Assembly (NCBI GenBank): GCA_038087875.1
Contig: CM075993.1
Location: 312,001-372,000, forward strand
Length of the DNA: 60,000 nucleotides
Direction: 5' to 3'
DNA from: Malacoraja senta
Taxonomy: Eukaryota
The first letter of the stretch is position 1. Every line of letters starts with the position of its first letter. The position numbers and the translations under genes were made by a program. Below are positions 36,171 to 49,531 of this stretch, piece after piece. The notes below the pieces were generated by a model. That model made no database searches. It saw nothing but the letters and a program-made list of their open reading frames with translations, and had not been told where the DNA came from.

Positions 36171-39100
36171 AGACTCTTATACACTATGAGTCCTGGCTAC
36201 ATCCTCATAAATCTTCTCTGCACTCTTCCCAGCTGCTCCTTTTAAGGGGACTTTGAGGAAACTTACAGCCGGCAATTTTGAATGTTATCAATTATGTTAG
36301 GGGAATAAGTTGATTCAAAAATTATTCTTTAAGAATTTCTGTGTTTTTGTAAATATGAAGGCTTTAGTTGTTTGGGTCTTTGTGCAGTTTAAAGGCAGTG
36401 ACTGATGATAAGAATGGGAGGCCTATTGTTTAATAATACCGCAACGGACAATAACACTGAATGGTTCTAACTGACGTTGGTGAAATGAGAGATATTGGTA
36501 GCACAAGGTAGGCTCTACGGAACATAATTGCATAGGTTGGAGAGACAATACTTCCTCTGGAGGGGTTCAGAAGAAAGTGGGACTTTATTTAGGAGATATC
36601 TGTGATCTTTGTCATGGAAAGACTGGGCACTGGTGATCAATGAGTTTCTGAAAGGGAAACAGTCAGTGGGCATCAAGGAATGTGAAATGGGGTAGTTTGT
36701 TCAGCGGGACAGGCAGCATCTCTGGAAGGAAGGAATAAGTGACCTTGAATGGTCTCGACCTGAAACTTCACCCATTCCTTCCTTCCAGAGATGCTGCCTG
36801 TCCCGCTGAGTTACTCCAGCTTTTTGTGTTTATCTTCGGTTTAAACCAGCATCTGCAGTTCCCTCCTACAAATAGGGTAGATAGTTAGACTGTAATAAAA
36901 AATAAAAATCAGAGCGTCTGAAGAAGGGTTCCGACCCAAATCATCACCGATTCATTTTCTCCAGAAATGTTGCCTGACCTGCTGAGTTACTCCAGCACTT
37001 TATGCCTATCTTTAGATAGTCAGTCTTTTTCCCAGGGTGGGAATGTCAAATGCTAATGGGAATAGCTTTAAGTTGAGTGAGGGAAAGTTTAAAAGAGATT
37101 TATGAGGCAGGATTTTTTACAAAGAGTGGTAGGGCCTGGAATGCGCTGTCAGGGGACATGGTGGAAGCAGATATGCTGGCAACGTTTAAGAGGCATGTAG
37201 TCAGTGCATGCGACAGGGGTTGAGGGATATCGGCTGTGTTGGATATAGGCAGATGTACAGTTTAAATTGGCATCATCTTTGTCTTAGACACGGTGGGTCC
37301 AAAGGCCTGTTCCTGTTCAGCATTTAGGTGAATTATGAAGATTTAGATCAACTGTAACCCAATTGAGGGGCCGAATGGCCTCATGTTATTATTGAGAGAC
37401 TGAGGAGAAAGTTCAAGACTTACAGTGTAGGCCACACCCATATTGGATGATGTCAAACAAGGAAAATGAACCAAAGGTTTGGGTTTAATATCCTATAGAC
37501 TATGGATGGTGAGTCTATGGAGCTTAGCTTTAAGAGGGATTGGAGGTGTGGTGTAATTGGCATGAACATGGTGAACGTACAGGGAGGAGGAGGTTGTGGA
37601 GTGTTGACATGGACCACACAACATTATAGCAACAAGAAGATAGCTAGAAACAGATTGAAGAGATTAGCCTCCTAGTGTTCCCTTCCGCAGCCCGTTCATC
37701 CATGTACATAGCAGGCCAGCAGCCGGAGTGGGCCATCTGCCTCTATAATCCTGTTCTGCCGTTCATCAAGATCGTCACTGACCTCAGTGCTGTTTTCTTG
37801 CTGTAAGCCCGTATCCCTTGATTCCATCCAGATCCTCATCTCTGTTGTGAATGAGTTCAACAATGTAACCACCACAACCCTCCAGGCTGGAGAATTCAAA
37901 ACCTTCACCTTCTGAGTGAAAATGTTTCTCTCCATCTCAGTCCTACTCTGCCGACTCCTCAGCAAGGGAAACATTCTCCCTGTGTTCATCCTGCCAGGTC
38001 CTGTAACAATTTAGTATATTTATTGAGATCACCTCCTTCTAGAGAACACAGGCTTCACCTCCTCAACCTGTCCTTATGTATCAAACCCATCATTGTTGAA
38101 ACCAGCTTAATGAATCTTTGCCAAACTCCTTCTATGGCAGGTGCAAGCTTTCTTAAGCAAGGAGATCAATATAATTGTACTAAGACTTCCTTGGTCTTGT
38201 ATTCAATCATCATTCAATAAAGGCTAACATATCATTTGTCACCTTATTGGCTTATTGCAAATGCTCATTGGCTTTCATTGACTTGTGTCCAGACATTCCT
38301 AGATTCATGTGAACATCAAAACGACCTATTCTTCCTCCCATTTAAAAATACACTTTCTATTTTGTGCAACAGTGGATGATGACCTTTCATTTTTTAGATT
38401 CATAAAAAGGGCCCTTCTGCTCAAAAAATGTTCCAGAATTCATTGAATTTGGGAGGTGAGATCTTCCATTAAGGTGTCTTTCAAAGCTCTGGCCTGTAGC
38501 ATATTTGATTCCTGAAATTGATCAGCTCTGACTCCTTTTTGACTAATAATCATTTCAGTTATAATTATATAATTATAATCAGTTCATTCTCGCTAGACCC
38601 TTGGTTCTCTAAATTTCTGGTGGGCTTTCTATCTTCTTCCCCAAAGACAGACACAAAACTGTTGTTTAATTTGTCTCTGTTAGGATATGAACATATGTTT
38701 GAACATATGCACTAGGAGCTAGAGGAGGCCATTTGGAGACTCGAGGTTACTTCCCCATGCTGATCATTCATCTATTTACCTCTGTCTTAAACAGTTTCAA
38801 AGTCTCTGCTTCCAACTCCCAAAAGGCTCACAACAGAGAAAAAATGTCATTTCTATCTTAAATGGGTAGCATCTTACGATCTCTTCTAGAATCCCGCTGA
38901 AGCATCCCATCCCATCCCATCCCATCCCATCTTCTCCAAATTTATTGCCAGGACATTATGTTTCAATAAATAAAGTAGTATAAAGTATCCTTTTCTTTGT
39001 CGTATCTCCGTCTCCGTCTGCGCTGAGGCCTAATCCCGGAGCTGGTGGCCTCCAACTGGAACCTCCCCAGAATCTGCACAGCTCTAAATAACACTAATAT

Positions 39101-41201
39101 TTGTAATCAATAATCTGAATTATGTGAGTTTCTACTTCAGCCATGACTTCCCGGAGCCCGTGAAACGAAAGTCGTCTCTGATCGGACCGGCAATGGGATC
39201 ATGATTATCTCCCGACACTGCTGATAGCACAATGACCATAACGTTGGCCTTTGAACAATCCATCCCTAATGTCCTCCTTCTCAAACCCCTCACTTCCTGG
39301 ACAAATGTGCACTTTATATGTTTGTAACAAAGGCATGCACTTTATGCCACCTCTGCATGGAACACAAGCCACAGTTACAAGAGGCAGGCCCCCAACTCGC
39401 GAAATCAATTTCCCTTTCCTTTGTTCAGCTGCCCGCTCTCACCTTCCACGTGACATCGTTCTCATCCAGGAGCTCTATTTCCAATCCCACTCACGCAGAC
39501 CAACTACCCCATCAGTCCTGCCACTTGCCCACTCACGAGCCGCTGTTTCTTCTCTACGGCCAGTTTTGTACAATGTCCACCCTTGTCTATGCTCCATATG
39601 TTCTATTCAGATAGGTATCAATACTGCTTCTTATTGTGATGAAGAGAAAATTATGAATAGGGAAAATGTGAAATGAAACTAGAAGCGGTGAGAATATTTG
39701 ACCTGTCGTTGTGGGCTGCTGATTGTATTGCTGGGTTGGCACTGCTTCAAGCCCGTCAGTGAAGTGCCCAATCACCCAGTGTTAAAATCGAGCTGTGGTA
39801 GGGACCGGCGGTGATGAGCTTGTCGCAGCTGCTTGTCATGAGCTTTGTTTGCGAGCGAGGGGCATGAATTATTTATCAGGGCTGCCATTGGGGCCTGGCT
39901 GCAGCTTTCAGTGTTTGCTGTGGAGACTGTCACTGACAGAGATTCAGTGCTGAATCATCTCCCGCAATCCTGGTGGAGGGTTTAATCCTCCCAGGATCCT
40001 GATCCCCTGCCATCAGACCCAGACTCCCAGCCATTCGGCAACAGGCAAAGGGGACAATATTTTGGTATGGAAATCATTTGTTGTGTGTGTGTGTCTGTGT
40101 CTTAGTGTTTCTGTGTATGCAGTGTCTGTGTGCATCTGTGTGTGTGCGTCCACGTGTGTTCGCGGTGTGTGCACGTGTGTGCGTGCCTGTGTGCACTTGT
40201 GTGTGTGCATGTTAATGAGACTGGAGAAGTGTTGGAGACTGGCTCCGACCACAAGTGATTCACATTTGAAAACTGCGTAAAGCATTTGTCCCACAGAGGT
40301 AGAGATTAAATGCGATCTGAAAATGGTGGTTATGATTCTCAGCAGAGCATCATGGCGTTGTCTTTGCGCTGGAATGCACAATAGACTGATCAAAGCTGTG
40401 GTTGTTTCCATAGTGACCAGCCAGCTAGTTTCATCATCTTGTAGGTTGAAGTATAATACAGCATTTTCACTATAGTTCCTGCCAGAGGACAGATGCAGAG
40501 GAGAGGTGATCCCTTATGTACATCCTTAAACAAATCTGGGCTAGTAATGCACTGTCATTGGGGAACACTGCACTGGCACTGGGGAACGCTGCCCTGGGGA
40601 ACGCTGCACTGGGGAAGGCTGCACTGGCATTGGGCAGCACTGGAGAGTGGTGTATTGTGGGGAAGATTAGAGGATTTGTCTAGAATCTACATGGATATGA
40701 AATGGCACATCGACGGGGAGGGAGGGGGTGGGGGGATGAGGAGGGAGGGGGATATGGGGAATGGAGGGGGTGGGGGATGGAGGGGATGGGGGAATGAGGA
40801 GGGAGGGGGGTGAAGGGGCCAGTGGGCAGTATTGGAGAGTTTTGGGGATACAGTGGTGATTAGCAGGTATGTTCAGCCTGAGGCTGTAGTTGAGGACACA
40901 GTGATGAGTTACTCTGTGCAGGGGCATGTTCCGCCAACTCGGGATCAAATGCTTTCTGTGAGGAAGCATTGGGCAGAAGTGAAGGCAGCGATCAGATGAT
41001 GGGAAGCCAGTACCCAGTGAGATAGAACAATGTTCCTTCATTGGGCAGTTTGCTGATGCTGATGGAAGGATTTCTGCGTGTACCGGGTGCGTATGGTTAA
41101 TGCGCGTCAACTCTGTTCATGACTGTGTATGTGTTTGTCATTGTGACAGGTTGCCTCTCTGGGCCAGTTCTGGAATGTGAAGCGCAGCGTGTACCTGGGC
41201 C

Positions 41202-41555
41202 ATGGAGAGCAGCTCAGTGGAGGCTGGGCCAGGCCTTTGCTCCAGCCCCCCTCACTGCCCAGAGCAGTCTGACGTGCAGCAGGATGGCAGGGAGGCTGAT
41301 CCCATCTTCCTTGACACTGATCTCCATGCCAACATGGGCGATGGTGACTCCAGCTCCGAATACGTGAACAACACGTCAGAGGAAGAGGACTACGATGAAG
41401 GTGTGCCTGAGGAGGAGGGCGTGACCTATTACATCAGGTACTGTCCTGAGGAGGATAGCTACCTGGAGGACATTGGATGTACTGAAAGCAGCTGTGTGGC
41501 CCCCACCATCACGGCCCAGCCTGATGATAGCCAGCCAGCAGACAACAAGACACGG
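41202..41555 (+). CDS. APBA2: APBA2 (Mint2/X11L) first coding exon, truncated by the assembly gap
   Basis: [43 protein letters not shown] matches the APBA2 N-terminus; acceptor tgacag|41150. Confidence 0.92.
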
Positions 41556-41755
41556 NNNNNNNNNNNNNNNNNNNNNNNNNNNNNNNNNNNNNNNNNNNNN
41601 NNNNNNNNNNNNNNNNNNNNNNNNNNNNNNNNNNNNNNNNNNNNNNNNNNNNNNNNNNNNNNNNNNNNNNNNNNNNNNNNNNNNNNNNNNNNNNNNNNNN
41701 NNNNNNNNNNNNNNNNNNNNNNNNNNNNNNNNNNNNNNNNNNNNNNNNNNNNNNN
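41556..41755. other. Assembly gap (200 N)
   Basis: Run of N. Confidence 1.
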
Positions 41756-42205
41756 AAATAAGACATAAAAAATGTTAATTTACAAACAGAGCGTCAGAGT
41801 GATGCTGGGGTTTATGTACAGCCACAACCACACCCACCAGGTCACTCAAGTCAAATTGCTCTTCATAACTAAAGGTCATAGAAATGTAACTTCTACATTT
41901 AAACCAAAACGTGGTTACCCATATAAACATGTATAGGCTGCAAAGTTATAGAAAAATCAATTTAGTATTGTAAATAATAGCTATTAATGCCAAGGCATCT
42001 CTGCTGGTTAACAGAAACTGGGGAAACGTTACAGTTCAGACACTGGGACATTGCAAGCTTGCCTGCAACTCCATTCACAGCACTTAGAATGTGAATATTT
42101 GCATTTCAGGTCATCACGCAGCCTCAGGCGACTGTGTGAAAGGAGGTTATTGCTTCAATCTCCGTGCCACCCACTGGCACTGCTCTCCGTCACCCACTTG
42201 CTGCT

Positions 42206-42300
42206 TTAAAAGTGGTCAATCAGGACCGAGACGCAGTTTGTTCCCACGTGATAATTCGGGTCTCCTGGGAGAGATTTGTTTTGCCAGCTCTTAGGATCAC
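42206..42300 (-). CDS. TJP1: TJP1 last coding exon
   Basis: DPKSWQNKSLPGDPNYHVGTNCVSVLIDHF*. Confidence 0.96.
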
Positions 42301-44633
42301 CTGGAAAAAAATAAATGCACAGCTTCGTTAATCAGCGGCATGACTGGTTTAACGGTGGAACATTGATTAGATGCAGCAAACACTGCAGGGATCCCATCCC
42401 GCAGACAGATCCTTGTCAAGTTGTCAGCTGCGAGCTGAACGTTCAATGGTTCTCCCACCACAGGCCGCTCATCTAATCCACAAACTAAAATGAGAAGTTC
42501 AGGGAAAAGGGGTGACCACATGAAACACTTCTCCTGGTGGCTTGTCAGTACCAGATAGAGAAGAGAATTAATTATCCAGGGGGCAGTGTGTACATTTGCC
42601 TGTTACTACTTCACAAACATTAGGCAGTGGTCACATATTATTATGGCCCTGGATGTAGCCTGTGGGCAGGTTGTGTCTGCCACTGGTCCCCAGTGTGTTC
42701 CATCGCCCCTCTCACCACCCCATGCCCACCACTCAGCTCCTCATGTCACACTGTCAACAGGCTGGGGTTTCAGCACCAGCCCTTCAGATGAGGACCAGTC
42801 CATCACCTCCCCTATCTTCCCTCTAATGCCCACAGTCTCTGCCCTCTGCTTTAACTCCTCCAAGAACAATAGGACCTTCCTGTTATGTTTAGACCTGCAA
42901 TTTTACACACACACAGTTATATCTTTCTTAGTGTTTAAAAATAAAATCACCAAGTTCATCTGATCTTTTCCCTGCAATTCAAATCTGCAGAGCTGGCAAG
43001 TATAACAGTTTCCCCACCCGAGCACTCTCCCTCCCCATGCCCTTGCTAATTTAACCACGGTGAATCTGAGGACCGTTCTTGCATGGGCTCAGTCTAGTCG
43101 GCGGGGACATCTTGGGCTGAAGAGCCTGTACCTGTGCTCTAATGAGGAAGGTTTTTCAACCCATCAAGTCCTTGCCAACTCTCCAACAGAACACTATGCT
43201 ACTTATTCCCATTTTTCCTCATCCTCCAGTCACTGATGTACGATTTCCCAAGCTGTGCAAAAAGAAACAATAGCCAAGTGGATGGGATCGAGCAAAATGC
43301 TGGAGGTAACATCAGCAAAGTCTGCAGAGCTGCAGCACCCACGCTTCACTTGCACGGACATTCAGACACTGCATTCTGTGGCAGCAATTGGCCATGTCAT
43401 CATGCCTGCTGCTCAAATGCCCAAATGTAATGGCTGATCATTTTGCTCAACACTTTGCTGCACCTAGACATGATTTCCTTAATATCCTCCAATCTACAAT
43501 CACTACCATGAATACAGAGCGACTAAACCTGCTGGGTAAAGTCCTTCTGGGTAGAAAATACAGAATATGCTTGAGAAATGGTGCGGTTTGTTTTGTTTAC
43601 AAACACCAGAAGGCATAGATTTGGTGAAAGGTGGAACATTTACAGAGGATGTGAGGGGGAAATGTTTATTTTTAAATCAGAGAGGGTGTTGGGTGCCCAG
43701 AACAGGGCGGCAGGGGAGGTGGTGGAAGCAGATCGGATAGCAATAGGTCATTTGGGCAGGTACGTGAAGAGGATATTGACCACTCGTTGTAGATGGGATT
43801 AGTTTACGTCGGCACTGATATCATGGAACAAAATGCCAGTTACTACGCTACAATGCTCCAGTATTAAACAGGCGTTATGCACTGGGTACAGAAGGTGCCT
43901 GTTATCTCGCCAAGAATGATCGATTGTTTATCTTGGGATTGCAATTTCACTTCAAGACATCCTGGCCAAGGAAAGGTTAAATGTGCATCTGTCCCGTTAA
44001 GTCTTTAAAGAACTTTGTAAGTCTTATTGAGGTCACCTCCTGGTTTTCTGAACTTCAGATGAGAGATGATTCTGCTTAATGTCCCCTCCCTCCCAGGAAT
44101 CAATTCAATGTGAAAATCAGGAAACATTAATGACGTCACCTTCTCTGTTTAATTATTATAGGCATGCAATATTTTTGGAATGGATTTTCTTTCTAAAGCG
44201 AACAGAATTAAAGAGTGAAATAATGACACTCCAAATGAGACAAGAGTCAGAAAAGGCAATGTACCATTTGATAACATGCCACTAACCTCCATAGGGAGCG
44301 AGAGATGAGAGGGAGCAGGGAAAGAAAGGGAGAGACGGCAGGAAAAAAGATAGAGTAGAGAGCAAGCGAGCAAGAGAGAGAAAGGGGGTAGATGGGGTAG
44401 GAAGAGAAAGAGAGGTGTGTATGGAGAGGGGGGGTATGGAGAGGGGAGTGTAGGGAGAGCGAGGGGAGTGTAGGGAGAGAGGGGGGAGAGAAGGGGTAGC
44501 GAGAGGGGGAGTAGGGAGGGGGGCTAGGAGGAAGTGGAGGGGGTAGGGAAAGGGGTAAGACGTGGGGTGGGGAGAAGTTGAAGGGGGGTAAAAATGGTGA
44601 GCAATGGGAGGAGAAGAAGAGATAGGAGCATAC

Positions 44634-44777
44634 CGGACGAGGAGTCAGAGGATTTTAGAGCAAAAGACCAACCATCTGGAGTCATGGATGCACAGTGGGG
44701 CAGCCGCAGCTCCACGGGCTTCAGGAACTTCAAGCCGTGTGGTCCACACATTACCAGCGGGCTCAGAAGGGTTTCAC
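44634..44777 (-). CDS. TJP1: TJP1 exon (ZU5 domain)
   Basis: ETLLSPLVMCGPHGLKFLKPVELRLPHCASMTPDGWSFALKSSDSSS. Confidence 0.96.
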
Positions 44778-45391
44778 CTGGAGTGGAAAGAGTTAGCACA
44801 GTTGACATGCGGACACAATGGCCCAAATCCAAAACAAAAGCGAGTGAGGGTGGAACAGTGAGCGACAGACGTCGGAGGCAGAGGGAGGTAACGTGACCCT
44901 GACACGGCTTGTGCCCGAGTCGCCATCCTGTCGTTACTTCCCGCCAGCTCCACAATTTGATTCCCACTACACGAGGACTGAGCTGAGAGCCCTGGACAGG
45001 CGACGGCAAATGGACCAGACAATAGTCCAGGTGCTGCAGTACAGAGCCCTGCTCAAACATCCCACCCCGAGCCAAACTATGCCAGTACAGGACTAGCGAT
45101 TAGTCGACAACAGGCAGCGTTGCCATGGAAACTGTCCTGCACATGGACAGGACCTGATTGATGCTGGCGTCCCATTGCAGCAGCAGGTAGTGCTATTACA
45201 TTGGCTGCCTCTACTTGCTTGGACAAGCCCAACAAATTGCTTCATTCAGGTTTGGCTGAATTGTCGGCCAAGTGGCCCCGAGCCAGTGATAGGTCAGCAA
45301 GCTCGGACACTGCCGAGTTACTTCACAACGCTCAAGGCAGGACACTAATTAAACCCTTATTGAACATTTCAGGAAGGAAAGTGGTGCAAAC

Positions 45392-45609
45392 CTTTCTCCT
45401 TGTCCAGAGGTGGGAGGATGCTGTTATCTCTGCAGACCTTGAAGTAGATTTCCTGCTCCACTCCCTCAGAAATGGCTCCCTTTGGGACGATGATGCTGAC
45501 GCCGGTCTCCACGGAGCTCAGCACCCCTCCATTGCTGTCGAAGATGCCGCGGGCAGTCGCCACCACCGTGTGGCCATCATCATCCTCATCATCCTCCAGC
45601 GCACTGGGA
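45392..45609 (-). CDS. TJP1: TJP1 exon (ZU5 domain start)
   Basis: PSALEDDEDDDGHTVVATARGIFDSNGGVLSSVETGVSIIVP...PPLDKEK. Confidence 0.95.
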
Positions 45610-45764
45610 CTGAGAGAGAGCAAGGGCGTCAGACCCACACAGCACCCGGACACACACGTATACACTCACACACACCACCAGCACCAGGCCACACACAACC
45701 AACACACCACCCGGCTCACACCTCATACGGCACCAAACCGACATCGCACCCGGCTCACACTAAC

Positions 45765-46628
45765 CCGGTACCCCACTAGTCACTGCCTGCCTTTCTGAAA
45801 AGGACCCGTTTACTCCTACTCTTTGCTTCCTGTTTGCCAGCCAGTTCTCTATCCACATCAATACTGAACGCCCAATACCGTGTGCTTTAAGTTTGTATAT
45901 TAATCTCTTATGTGGGACCTTGTCGAAAGCCTTCTGAAAGTCCAGATATAACACATCCACTGGTTCTCCCTTATCCACTCTATTAGTTACATCCTCGAAA
46001 AATTCTATACGATTCGTCAGAAATTATTTACCTTTCATAAATCCATGCTGACTTTGTCCAATGATTTCACCATTTTCCCAAATGTGCTGCTATCCCATCT
46101 TTAATAACTGACTCTAGCAGTTTCCCCACTACCGATGTTAGACTAACTGGTCTGTAATTCCCCATTTTCTGTCTCCCTCCCTTTTTAAAAAGTGGGGTTA
46201 CATTAGCTACCCTCCAATCCTCAGGAACTACTCCAGAATTCTAAAGAGTTTTGAAAAATTATCACTAATGCATCCACTATTTCTGGGGCTACTTCCTTAA
46301 GTACTCTGGGATGCAGCCTATCTGGCCCTGGGGATTTAATGGCCTTTAATCCATTCAATTTACCTAACACCACTTCCAGCTAACCTGGATTTCACTCAGT
46401 TCCTCCATCTCATTTGACACCCGGTCCCCTGCTATTTCTGGCAGATTAATTAAGTCTTCCTTAGTGAAGACAGAACCAAAGTAGTTATTCAATTGGTCTG
46501 CCATGTCCTTGTTCCCCATGATCAATTCACCTGTTTCTGACTGCAAGGGACCTACATTTGTTTTAGCTAATCTTTTTCTCTTCACATATCTATAAAAACG
46601 TTTGCAGTCAGTTTTTATGTTCCCTGAC
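45765..46628 (-). mobile_element. Internal CR1 ORF2 fragment in TJP1 intron
   Basis: GNIKTDCKRFYRY...YLDFQKAFDKVPH...AVTSGVP; very similar to the 29180-34090 element. Confidence 0.92.
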
Positions 46629-47194
46629 ATACACACACTCCACACACACTGTAGAGACACAGGACTCACTGCCCGTACTGCAGTGACACACAATGCCCTG
46701 AAGTATGAATCACTTCTCCCACCACTGATGCTGCCCTACCTGAACCCTCACCATTCCAGCACATTACATGTGGCTGCAGGGTCACCTGCTCACTCTGTAC
46801 CGCGGGCCACAGGACCAACAGGAAGACCAAATCAACAAAGGGATAGGGCAGGATCTACGGGAACACTCAAGTCCTCACTCAGTCCGACAAAAAAGGAGAG
46901 GGATAAAAAAAGACTTAAAAGGCAGTGAACAATGATGGTACTTGAATTGGCACTATGGTGGACACGGACATAGAGGGACATTCCTGTGCTGGTCAATGTT
47001 CTAAAGCTGCTAAGCATTTGTTATACTGCTCGTTTAGCCCTGGTCTAGTCTGCGTGAGCTCAGCTCTTTCAACAACAGAATCCACCTGATGATCTGACAT
47101 TTTGATTATAGGCACTGCAGCAAAACTGATGTTCCATGACATGGTTCAAACACTCAATATCATTCAATACTTCATGTTAATTGAAGCCACTCAC

Positions 47195-47649
47195 CTGATA
47201 GGGACTGCTTTAGGGACAGCTTGGATATTGTTTGCCTGATACTTCAGCCTGTGGTCTGACGGCCTGGGGAATGTGTCAGTGCCGCTGTCGAAGTCAATGT
47301 GCTGTGGAGAGGCGTGAGCTTTTACCAGCGGCTCTGGCTTGGGCTGCAGTGGAGGATCACTCGGCAGGAGATTGTGATCAAATTTTGGGCTCTCAAATTT
47401 TCGTTCAAAGGGCCGTGCGCGCACTTGTGTACGGTTTTGGAGTGAAGCGGTTGTATGCTGTGGCAGGTTGCCTCTGGGGCTGCTCCATCCCATTCACAGG
47501 GGCTCTGTCAGAAACAGGGAAGGTTTTCGGAAGGTAAAAATTTGAATGAGAAGGTTCTCTCGAGCAGTGGGCCTCAGAGCCTGGATTTGCTTTGAGGCAT
47601 TTCTGGCTTCAGTTGTAGGACACTAGCATATCCTGCGGCATCGAACTCA
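47195..47649 (-). CDS. TJP1: TJP1 exon with several apparent single-base indels
   Basis: AYNRFTPKPYTS / ARPFERKFESPKF...FDSGTDTF...VPKAVPI lie in different frames. Confidence 0.88.
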
Positions 47650-49087
47650 CTGCAAAGAAGAGCAAATAAGAGTTAACTGCAGCTCATGAAGGATCAAAGT
47701 GATCATGCACAGCAGACTATTTGGCCCATCATGCTTATGCTAACCCTCTCTGCTGGCTACAGAACAGTGTCGTAAGCAGCTGACTGAAATGCCTGCTCCT
47801 CCCTCATGTATAGCAAACCAGCCCATCCCGATCAGGAGGTTTCACCCACACACAAGATTCCCCCACGTCGTACTGAGTGAATGAGGCGACTTTTAGCAAA
47901 GTCACGAGCCAATCTCTCATTTTCCATATTCCAGCCACACAATTTACAACCAACAAAAGATATACTTTGCTTTTATTCAAACATTTTATTGCAAGGATAA
48001 AGTACAAGCAGTCGCTCTGTGAGTGAGTGGAGGTAAATGGGATTGAGGGAGTCTCAAATAGAGTGTATCAGAGAGAATATAAAGACATTAGGAGGGGAAA
48101 AGGGAGCAATGTAAAATTCTTGCTTATCGTAAGATTGCAAGAATGTCAGGTTTAAGAGGTGGGGAATGAGTATCTCCCCTTAGGGACGAGGGGGTGATTG
48201 GTGTGTGGAGCCGGCACACAATGGGGGTGATTGGTGTGTGGAGCCTGGCACACAATGGATCAGGATTCACCATGGCAAAGGGATATCTAACTAACTAGTA
48301 TTATTTATATCCTTCGCTATGGTGAATATAGTTAATTGGTAAAGTAACTAACTAACTAGTATTATTGCTATCTATCAAGAATAGTAAATTCATGTAAACG
48401 TCCGTGGATAACGTGAGCAGGTCAGTATGAAGGTGGAAGGTTGGTTGCAATGGGACACAGGGTTGATGAAATCTGCTCCGGGTTGCTACGGGGCAAAAAG
48501 GAGATTGTTGGGGCCATGACACGGATGTTTGCATCTTCAGTAACCACAGTGGAATTGTCAGAAGACTAGAGGATAGCTAATGTTATTCCTTTATTTAAGG
48601 AGCAGCAGGGTAAACCAATTACAAGCCAGTGAGCCTTACGGCAGTGGCTCGTGCATTTTTAGAGAAAATCCCAAGATACAGAATTTAAATTTGTTTGTAT
48701 CTCTTGCAAAGGTTTGAACTGAAAGGAAAAGGCCAGGGAATGCCTTAGGAGGTAGATAGAAAGAGAGAGTTTTCTTCGGTATACAGAAGCACTGTAAGGA
48801 ACTTGGGAGAGGAAGAAGAGGTGTGACTATCATGTCAGCGTGTGTCATGCCAGCAGAATCCATAAAGCAGCTTCCAGCAGTTTATCTGGATTTTAGGATG
48901 TTCACAGTCGCAGAGTCATAGAGATGTACAGCATGGAAAGTGGCCCTTCAGCCCAACTTGCCCATGTCGACCAAGACGCCCCATCGACACCACCCACGTT
49001 TACGCCTAAAGTAAAATCGTGCAGAGTTTGACCATCTTATGAAAATGGCAATTGATGCCATCAGAAGAGAGTAAGTCACTCAGAGCC

Positions 49088-49531
49088 GAGCTCATCATCC
49101 AAGCTGGTGCTCATCGCACCTACAGCTGGTGCTCACCATCCAAGCTGGTGCTCATCATCCAAGCTGGTGCTCACCATCCAAGCTGGTGCTCACCATCCAA
49201 GCTGGTGCTCACCATCCAAGCTGGTGCTCATCATCCAAGCTGGTGCTCACCATCCAAGCTGGTGCTCACCATCCAAGCTGGTGCTCATCATCCAAGCTGG
49301 TGCTCACCATCCAAGCTGGTGCTCATCATCCAAGCTGGTGCTCACCATCCAAGCTGGTGCTCACCATCCAAGCTGGTGCTCACCATCCAAGCTGGTGCTC
49401 ACCATCCAAGCTGGTGCTCATCATCCAAGCTGGTGCTCACCATCCAAGCTGGTGCTCACCATCCAAGCTGGTGCTCATCATCCAAGCTGGTGCTCACCAT
49501 CCAAGCTGGTGCTCATCGCACCTACAGCTGG
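49088..49531. repeat. 19-bp minisatellite (gctcaYcatccaagctggt)n, about 22 copies
   Basis: Direct tandem units. Confidence 0.97.

Noticed and set aside
41473..41778. ORFs spanning the N run
   Set aside because: Artefacts of undetermined bases
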